A DNA stretch of 64,000 nucleotides. Origin: Candidatus Woesearchaeota archaeon (GTDB lineage: Archaea > Nanobdellota > Nanobdellia > UBA10117 > GCA-020343615). The stretch lies in contig CP070803.1 in the NCBI GenBank assembly GCA_020343615.1, positions 143,686 to 207,685 on the forward strand. The letters are read 5' to 3'. The translations under genes were made by a program, and so were the position numbers. Below, piece after piece: positions 57,259 to 64,000 of this stretch. Position 1 is the stretch's first letter. Each line of letters starts with the position of its first letter. The notes below the pieces were generated by a model. The model had not been told where the DNA came from. It saw nothing but the letters and a program-made list of their open reading frames with translations, and made no database searches.

Positions 57259-60200
57259 TTGATGTATCGTAGAGCTAACTTCAGTGTATTTATACTTGTA
57301 TCTATATTTATCTTTATACTTTTACTTCCATCTTTTTTTATACTCTTAAAATTTGATGGTTTTACATTATATCAAAGATTTCAAGAATATGAACCATGGA
57401 TTAGTATTACGGGTGTTACTGTTGCTGAAGATGTTATGATTATTAAAAAAAATTTTGAAGAGCCATTCTTATTTCCTATAACTTTAGAAAATCAGGAATT
57501 TATGGTGGTAGAACTGACAAACTGTATCTCTGTTGGTGAAGTCGGTGAACCAAGCCTTCCAGTATGTCCTGTTCATATTTTAATTTCGCAAAGTAAGGTA
57601 ATATCTAATGTTGATGTGGATTATTTTGATGAAACTAGGATAGATTATGACTTATCTAATAAACCAATAGTTCCTGCCCAAAAAGAAATTCCTATTAGTT
57701 GTGAAGATGTGCCTGACTTCGCCTTGAATCAGGAAATTTATAATTCGGATCAACCCGTCCCAGAACTAATTTATGAAAACAAGGGTACTGGGCTTATGGT
57801 TGGTTTTAACATCTTGACGATAAATTTGAATCCAGTTAGATACATACCTAAAAATGGAGAATTATATTATTATCCTAAAATGGAGATAAGTGTTACTTTA
57901 GCAGACGGGTTTGGTGCTGTTAGTGAACAAGAGAACAAATTTTTAAGATTAAAAGAAAGTGATGTTGATCGTGTTAGTTCTTTGATAGAAAACCCTTCCA
58001 CTATTTCTTCTTATTCTGTGCCTGTTGAATTTGGAACATTGGATGCTCCTCTGAATGGAAGTTGTACTTGTGATCCTACTAAAACATATGAATATGTGAT
58101 AATAACTGATGAGTCTCTATTAAATTCTAGTGGCTACAATTACAGTTGGTATGATTTAATAAATCACCGGAGAAACTATAGTGGTTTAAATGGAACAATA
58201 GTAACTGTACAACAAATTGAGAATTGTTCTGATTATCAAAACAATACTTATCCTTTCAATGATTCTGCTCATAGTATACGTGAATTCATTAAAGATGCTT
58301 ATCAAAATTGGGGTACTGAATACGTTGTATTAGGTGGGAAGTGGAGAGATGACACCCCTGCTGAAAAAATGGTTCAATATCGTTTATTCACAGATATTTA
58401 TGAAACGGGTACTTATGATACTATGCCTTGTGACTTGTACTACAGCAATCTTGACGGTGATTGGTGGTATTCTAATTATAGTGTATGGGGTGGCGGTAAG
58501 AACAGTCCAGTTAATGATAAGTTCTCAGAGATTTATGTAGGTCGTATAACTGCTTACGATACTGAACATGTTTCAAATGCTGTACGTAAAATAATTTGGT
58601 ATGATATTAACAATCATAGTGAGGAATGGTTAGTAACTGTTACATTTGCTGGTGCTAATCTAGGTTGGGCTGTCACTTCAAAACAATACATGGAAGAATT
58701 ACGTATAGGTAACGGATCGTATTCTGAAAATATTGGTTTTGAAGAATGGAACTCTAAACATTCATATTATCCATTTTATACGTTAGAAAATAGATATTAT
58801 CATGCTGATGATACGTGGAGTGATTTCTTAGAGTCTATAGAAAATGATACTAGTTCTATTGTAAATCATATCGGACATTCGAGTTGGAATACTCCTTTTA
58901 GTCTTACTAATTGGCAATTTAGAAATAATACTTTGCCCTTTTTTGGTTACTCACAAGGTTGTCTGGCGGGTAGATTTTCTAGTGGTTTCTCTGGTTGTGA
59001 ACAAACGATGTGCAGACATCCTGAAAAACACGCCTTTGCTGTAGTTCTGAACACAGGATACGGTTATGGTAGTTTTAGTTCTACTCACGGCGCGAGTCAG
59101 CAACTGCATAAGATATTTTGGGCTTATTTTTTTAATGAAGCAGAAAATAATTTAAGTGAGTGGGAATTAGGAAGAGCTCAGTCCTATTCTAAAGATGAAT
59201 TCTCTGCATATATTGATTCTAATCATGCAAAATGTTATGTGTGGTATAGTTCACATTTATTTGGCGATCCTGCACAAAAGCTAGAAATTGCTAGTGTAAT
59301 AAAATCGAATGGTGAATCTTGTTCTTACGAATATGAATGCCTGTCTGGATACTGTGAAGATAGAGTTTGTTGTTCATCTTCATGCGGTGTTTGTCAAGCA
59401 TGTAATATAAATGGTAGTAAAGGTAATTGTTCTAATTACACACAAGGTTCTGACCCAGATAATGAGTGCTCTACAGCTGAGTGTGGTATCGGATACTGTA
59501 ACGGTTTTGGTACTTGTGAAGTATATAGTGATGGTCTAAGACATAATTGTAGTAGTTGTTATTATTGTACCGACTTGGATGAGAGTTGTGATTTAGTACC
59601 TGATGGACAAGATCCTAACAATAACTGCGCTGGAGGAAATGGCACCTCAAATGGTTGTGCGGGAGATTACTGCGACGGTTCTGGCTCCTGTCAAATTATT
59701 AGTTCTGGGGAAGGTAACTGCCCTATTTGTACATTATGTCTAGATAATGATACTGAATGTGAATATTACTCTAATAACACCCAAGATAATGTGGGTAATT
59801 TAACTTGTTTTGGTATTTGTAAGAAATGTGATGGTCTAGGTCAGTGTATCAACCAAACCGCTGGAGAGGATATATTTGACCAATGTGATGCTAATCTAGA
59901 ATGCCATATTGGTATCTGTAATGGTCTTGGAGAATGTGATGTCTATTCTAATGGTGAAAAAGGCTCTTGTGGACCTTGTAAGTATTGTAATGATAGTGAC
60001 TCTAATTGTGAATATGTTCCTTCTGGGCAAGACTTATTTAGTGAGTGTGTTGGTTTGCAGTGTGATGGAGACGCTATAACTCCATATTATTGGGGTTGGG
60101 ACTCATTAACATGTTACTATAGTTCAAATATCTTTTCTAGAGATCACTATTGTGACGGTTCTGGCTCTTGTTATGCTGCTGAAGATTTATGTCCTTCACA

Positions 60201-61485
60201 AGGAAAGGATGGCTCTACGAATATTACTTGTAATTGTGCTGAAGCACTAACTGGTTGTAATGGAACTGTTGTTGGAAGCTGTCTAAATTGTGCTCCTCTG
60301 AATAATTCCGCCCCAACAGCCCCTATCCTTTTGTATCCTGCAGATGAAACTAATAATACTAATAATTCTGTAGATTTTGATTGGGATGATTCTATAGATA
60401 TAGATGGGGATAATATCTCCTATTATTTAGCAATAAATTCGTCGGTAAACTCTACTCAAATTACTTATAGTGTTATGGAATCAAGTTATTCTTCATATTC
60501 TACTATTGATAACGTAACATATTATTGGAGAGTAAAAGCTAGTGATGGTTTAGATAACAGTTCTTGGTCATCTACTTATAAATTTATAGAAATAATTGAA
60601 GTAGAAGAAGAACCTGAAGAGGAAGAAGATCAGACTCCTAGCGGAGGCAGCGGCTCTTCAGGAGGAGGTGGAGGTGGTAGTCCCTCTCCTATTCTCAGTA
60701 GTGCTTCAACAATAACCCCGCCCTCTATTAATTACGACTTATCTGAAACAAATGAAGAAGAGATTAAAGAAGTTGTTAAGTCTAAGCTTAGTGAAATAAG
60801 CAGCAACACTAAAGAAGTTTACAAAGATGTTTCAGTTGATGTGTCTGTTAATCATCCTAGCTCTGAAAGTACCTCTCTTGATTTTAGTTTTAAGTATGGT
60901 AAAGGTACGCCTCTAAAAAAAGTGATGATATTCATTGAAGTTCCTAAATCCTTTGCTGAATCTGCAGAAGATATAACTTTTGAGTCTAGTGTCCCTTATA
61001 GTAAAATGGAAGTTGTTGAAAATGATCCTGTTTATTATTTCTACTATGAAAATCTGGAATCTGAGAATATATCTTATTCTTTCCATAATAATGAATATAG
61101 TATAGGAAGCAAGGTCATTGAAGATGTAAGTCAACCATGGGTTTTCTTTGAAACTGAAGAAGAAGTTGTTCCAGAATGTGGTAATAATGTAATAGAAAAA
61201 GGGGAAGAATGTGATAGTGTTAGTGGACTAATTGAAGGTTATAGATGCTCTGCTGAATGCAAACTAGTTCCTATCCTTCAATGCATTGATGATGGGGATT
61301 GTACTCAAGAAGAAACAGAATTAGGTGAGTGTAATGACTGTTTAATTAGTACTCCTGCACCTACTAGTGCTTATGTTATATTATATCAAAAGTGGTTTGT
61401 TGTATTACTTATTATCTTTATAATATGTACTCTCATATTAGGACTTAAACTAGAAATTAAGAATAAGAAAAAAAGGAAGAAATAG
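57259..61485 (+). CDS. Giant (1408 aa) surface protein: N-terminal anchor, putative clan-CD (gingipain/C25-like) cysteine peptidase domain, Cys-rich EGF-like repeats, FN3 domain, Gly/Ser linker, and a C-terminal TM anchor with a basic tail
   Basis: N-terminal TM (FSVFILVSIFIFILLLPSFFILL). Candidate His/Cys dyad: VNHIGHSSW ... FFGYSQGCLAG, about 27 aa apart. Repeated CxxC..C..NC..GxGxCE modules. FN3-like APTAPILLYPAD...YYWRVKASDG. SGGSGSSGGGGGGSPSP linker. C-terminal WFVVLLIIFIICTLILGL-KLEIKNKKKRKK. Confidence 0.7.
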   Translation: MMYRRANFSVFILVSIFIFILLLPSFFILLKFDGFTLYQRFQEYEPWISITGVTVAEDVMIIKKNFEEPFLFPITLENQEFMVVELTNCISVGEVGEPSLPVCPVHILISQSKVISNVDVDYFDETRIDYDLSNKPIVPAQKEIPISCEDVPDFALNQEIYNSDQPVPELIYENKGTGLMVGFNILTINLNPVRYIPKNGELYYYPKMEISVTLADGFGAVSEQENKFLRLKESDVDRVSSLIENPSTISSYSVPVEFGTLDAPLNGSCTCDPTKTYEYVIITDESLLNSSGYNYSWYDLINHRRNYSGLNGTIVTVQQIENCSDYQNNTYPFNDSAHSIREFIKDAYQNWGTEYVVLGGKWRDDTPAEKMVQYRLFTDIYETGTYDTMPCDLYYSNLDGDWWYSNYSVWGGGKNSPVNDKFSEIYVGRITAYDTEHVSNAVRKIIWYDINNHSEEWLVTVTFAGANLGWAVTSKQYMEELRIGNGSYSENIGFEEWNSKHSYYPFYTLENRYYHADDTWSDFLESIENDTSSIVNHIGHSSWNTPFSLTNWQFRNNTLPFFGYSQGCLAGRFSSGFSGCEQTMCRHPEKHAFAVVLNTGYGYGSFSSTHGASQQLHKIFWAYFFNEAENNLSEWELGRAQSYSKDEFSAYIDSNHAKCYVWYSSHLFGDPAQKLEIASVIKSNGESCSYEYECLSGYCEDRVCCSSSCGVCQACNINGSKGNCSNYTQGSDPDNECSTAECGIGYCNGFGTCEVYSDGLRHNCSSCYYCTDLDESCDLVPDGQDPNNNCAGGNGTSNGCAGDYCDGSGSCQIISSGEGNCPICTLCLDNDTECEYYSNNTQDNVGNLTCFGICKKCDGLGQCINQTAGEDIFDQCDANLECHIGICNGLGECDVYSNGEKGSCGPCKYCNDSDSNCEYVPSGQDLFSECVGLQCDGDAITPYYWGWDSLTCYYSSNIFSRDHYCDGSGSCYAAEDLCPSQGKDGSTNITCNCAEALTGCNGTVVGSCLNCAPLNNSAPTAPILLYPADETNNTNNSVDFDWDDSIDIDGDNISYYLAINSSVNSTQITYSVMESSYSSYSTIDNVTYYWRVKASDGLDNSSWSSTYKFIEIIEVEEEPEEEEDQTPSGGSGSSGGGGGGSPSPILSSASTITPPSINYDLSETNEEEIKEVVKSKLSEISSNTKEVYKDVSVDVSVNHPSSESTSLDFSFKYGKGTPLKKVMIFIEVPKSFAESAEDITFESSVPYSKMEVVENDPVYYFYYENLESENISYSFHNNEYSIGSKVIEDVSQPWVFFETEEEVVPECGNNVIEKGEECDSVSGLIEGYRCSAECKLVPILQCIDDGDCTQEETELGECNDCLISTPAPTSAYVILYQKWFVVLLIIFIICTLILGLKLEIKNKKKRKK

Positions 61486-61488
61486 GTT

Positions 61489-62757
61489 TTATTTAGGTAC
61501 AACTTTAATACATCTTCCTGCAGCTACTGTTCTACCCATGTCTCTGATAGCTAACTTTGACATTTGTGGTACTTTGTCAGCTTCTTCTATGATTAATGGT
61601 CTTGTTGGTTCAACAGTAATTATTGCTGCGTCTCCAGGTTTAAGGAAATCTGGGTTTTCTTGTACAGTTGCTCCAGTTCTTGGATCAATCTTCTTATCTA
61701 GCTTCTTTATTGTACAAGATACCTGTGCAGTATTTACATGGAATACTGGACAGTAACCTGCGGTAACAACAGTTGGGTGACTTAGCACAATTATTTGTGC
61801 TTGGAATTCCTTAACTGGTTTAGGTGGGTTGTCAGCAGGTCCTAGAACATCTCCTCTTCTAACGTCTTCTTTACCTATACCTCTTACATTAATTCCAACG
61901 TTATCTCCTGGTTCTGCTTGCTGCATTTGTTCATGATGCATTTCTATGGATTTAATTTCTCCAGGTTTTCCAGAAGGCATTACTACAACTTTTTGGTTTA
62001 CTTTCATTATACCAGTTTCGATTCTACCTACTGGAACTGCGCCTATACCTTTAATTGTGTAAACATCTTGAATTGGCATTCTTAATGGTAAGTTTGTTGG
62101 TTTTTCTCCAGGCTTGAAGTCATCTAGTGCTTCAAGTAGGATTGGACCCGTATACCAACTCATGTTCTCTGATTTCTTAGCTACATTGTCTCCTTTTAAT
62201 GCAGCTGTAGGTATAAATTTAACTTCGTCTGCTTTATATCCAACGCTACCTAGTAATTTGACCATATCATCTTTTACTGCATTGAATTTTCCTTGATCAT
62301 ATTTTACTATATCCATTTTTGTGATAGCAATCATTATCTGAGGAATTCCCAGAGTCTTTGCTAGGAATAAGTGCTCCCTAGTCTGCTCCATAACTCCATC
62401 ATTAGCAGCTACACAAAGAACTGCAGCGTCTGCTTGTGATGTTCCTGTAATCATGTTTTTAATGAAATCTTTGTGTCCTGGTGCATCAATGATTGTAAAG
62501 TAATTTTTTTGAGTTTCAAATCTCTTATAGGCTAGGTTAATTGTAACTCCTCTTTCTCTTTCTTCTTTTACTTTATCCATTACGAAAGCGAATTCAAAGC
62601 CTGCTTTACCTAACTCTTGTGCTTCTTTTTTGTGCTTCTCTAACTCTGTTGCTTCAATTGACCCTGTGTCGAATAGTAATCTACCTACTGTTGTACTCTT
62701 TCCATGGTCTACATGACCTATGAATACTAAATTTATGTGTGGTTTTTTGTCAGCCAT
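61489..62757 (-). CDS. tuf: Elongation factor 1-alpha (aEF-1alpha)
   Basis: G1-G4 GTPase motifs (GHVDHGKST; DAPGH; NKMD) and overall EF-1alpha architecture. Confidence 0.95.
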   Translation of the reverse strand: MADKKPHINLVFIGHVDHGKSTTVGRLLFDTGSIEATELEKHKKEAQELGKAGFEFAFVMDKVKEERERGVTINLAYKRFETQKNYFTIIDAPGHKDFIKNMITGTSQADAAVLCVAANDGVMEQTREHLFLAKTLGIPQIMIAITKMDIVKYDQGKFNAVKDDMVKLLGSVGYKADEVKFIPTAALKGDNVAKKSENMSWYTGPILLEALDDFKPGEKPTNLPLRMPIQDVYTIKGIGAVPVGRIETGIMKVNQKVVVMPSGKPGEIKSIEMHHEQMQQAEPGDNVGINVRGIGKEDVRRGDVLGPADNPPKPVKEFQAQIIVLSHPTVVTAGYCPVFHVNTAQVSCTIKKLDKKIDPRTGATVQENPDFLKPGDAAIITVEPTRPLIIEEADKVPQMSKLAIRDMGRTVAAGRCIKVVPK

Positions 62758-62829
62758 TTTTATTTACCTCTATTACTTGAATAGGATATTTCCTAAGTAA
62801 AAGTTATATTTAAAAAGCTTTTCTTTTTT

Positions 62830-64000
62830 TTATTCTTCTGCTGTGTCTCCCTTCAATCCTTTTCTTTCTCTGATTTTATTAACAACTTCTATTTGCAATG
62901 AAGCTGGTAATGGTTCAAATTTCTGATCAATTAAGGAGTGGGAACCTCTACCTTCTGTAGCTGACCTTAGTGTGTTTGTAAATCCTAGCATTTCAGCTAC
63001 AGGTAGCTTTGCCTTTATTAACATGTTTTCTCCTTCTTGTTCAGTATCTATTAATTGTCCTCTTTTACTTGAGATTATCTTTGTTAAATCCCCGAAATAT
63101 TCGTTAGGTGCGTCTATTCTAATTATTTGTTTTGGTTCGTATAGTTCTTCTCCACCTTGTTCAATTGCTCCTTTCATAGACATCCTCATTGCTGGAATAA
63201 TCTGTGCTGGGCCTCTATGTATTGAATCTTCATGTAATTTACAGTCCATTAACTTAACTTTTAACTTCATACATGGTTCTCTTGCAATAGGTCCTGCTTT
63301 TACTATCTCTTCAAAAGCATCTATTACAAGTTCTATAATTTCACCAATATGCACAATTCCTCTAGTAGCATCAACTAAAACACAACCTCCTTTAATGTCT
63401 TTAACTTTTCTTGCTTCTTCTTTATCCATTCCTGCATTTACAAGAGCTTCTTCTATTTCTGGTTTTCTTTTCTTTATCTTTACTTCAGGTATCTCTCCTT
63501 CCTTTATCGCATCGTAAACGCTTTGTTCTAATGGTTCAATTTCTACGTAAAGTTTGTTGTGTTTATTTGGTGACTTTCCTTCAACAGGTCCTCCGTGTTT
63601 CTTTATGGATTCTCTATAAACAACAATAGGATTTGAAGACACTATCTCTATTCCTTTGTCTTTAATTATTCTGTATTTCCAGATTTCTAAGTGAAGTTCT
63701 CCTAATCCTGAAATCAGGTTCTCTCCAGTCTGTTCATTGATATCTACAGAAATGGTAGGATCTTCTTTCACAATGTTCTTTAGAACTTCTATTAATTTTG
63801 GTAATTCTTTAGGATTCTTAGCTTCAATAGCCTCAGTAACTACTGGTTCAAATAGGTGCTTTATTTGTTCAAATGATGTAATTTCTTCTTTAGACATTGT
63901 TTCTCCAGAAATAGCATCCTTTAAACCTACAACTCCTATTATATTTCCTGCTGGGACTACTGGAACTATAACTCTTTTAGGGCCTCTGTATATTGAAACT
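62830..64000 (-). CDS. fusA: Elongation factor 2 (aEF-2), C-terminal portion; the gene continues past the window end
   Basis: Domains III-V of EF-2 (e.g. GELHLEI, the diphthamide-region HRGPAQIIPA sequence), and the reading frame is open to position 64000. Confidence 0.9.
   Translation of the reverse strand, partial: VSIYRGPKRVIVPVVPAGNIIGVVGLKDAISGETMSKEEITSFEQIKHLFEPVVTEAIEAKNPKELPKLIEVLKNIVKEDPTISVDINEQTGENLISGLGELHLEIWKYRIIKDKGIEIVSSNPIVVYRESIKKHGGPVEGKSPNKHNKLYVEIEPLEQSVYDAIKEGEIPEVKIKKRKPEIEEALVNAGMDKEEARKVKDIKGGCVLVDATRGIVHIGEIIELVIDAFEEIVKAGPIAREPCMKLKVKLMDCKLHEDSIHRGPAQIIPAMRMSMKGAIEQGGEELYEPKQIIRIDAPNEYFGDLTKIISSKRGQLIDTEQEGENMLIKAKLPVAEMLGFTNTLRSATEGRGSHSLIDQKFEPLPASLQIEVVNKIRERKGLKGDTAEE

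Overview
This is an AT-rich (about 32% GC) archaeal chromosome segment. It is densely packed with housekeeping genes, mostly archaeal/eukaryote-type information processing: Topo VI A/B, type IA topoisomerase, Cdc48, RadB, Mre11-Rad50, aIF-1A, MBF1, Nmd3-like, EF-2/EF-1alpha/S10, and Ser/Arg/Pro/Met-tRNA synthetases. It also carries a pyrimidine-biosynthesis neighbourhood (pyrF, pyrE plus a second PRTase paralog, pyrD, pyrBI), both MC1 and HU-like chromatin proteins, and at least 11 tRNA genes. Several tRNAs carry introns at non-canonical (D-loop) positions. One tRNA gene is split by a roughly 0.67-kb intron encoding a LAGLIDADG homing endonuclease. The gene content and the multi-intron tRNAs suggest a small-genome, possibly DPANN-like, archaeon; this is inference from composition only.

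Other notable points:
- The conserved fusA-tuf-rpsJ cluster is interrupted by two giant surface-protein genes (1064 aa and 1408 aa), the larger with gingipain-like catalytic motifs.
- A GC-rich, anti-SD/SD hairpin motif in the 5' leader recurs upstream of two genes.
- There is a tRNA-flanked island of lineage-specific genes that may be a mobile-element remnant.

No CRISPR array, rRNA gene or recognisable integrase/transposase is present. All calls come from reading the sequence and the ORF translations; no database searches were run.
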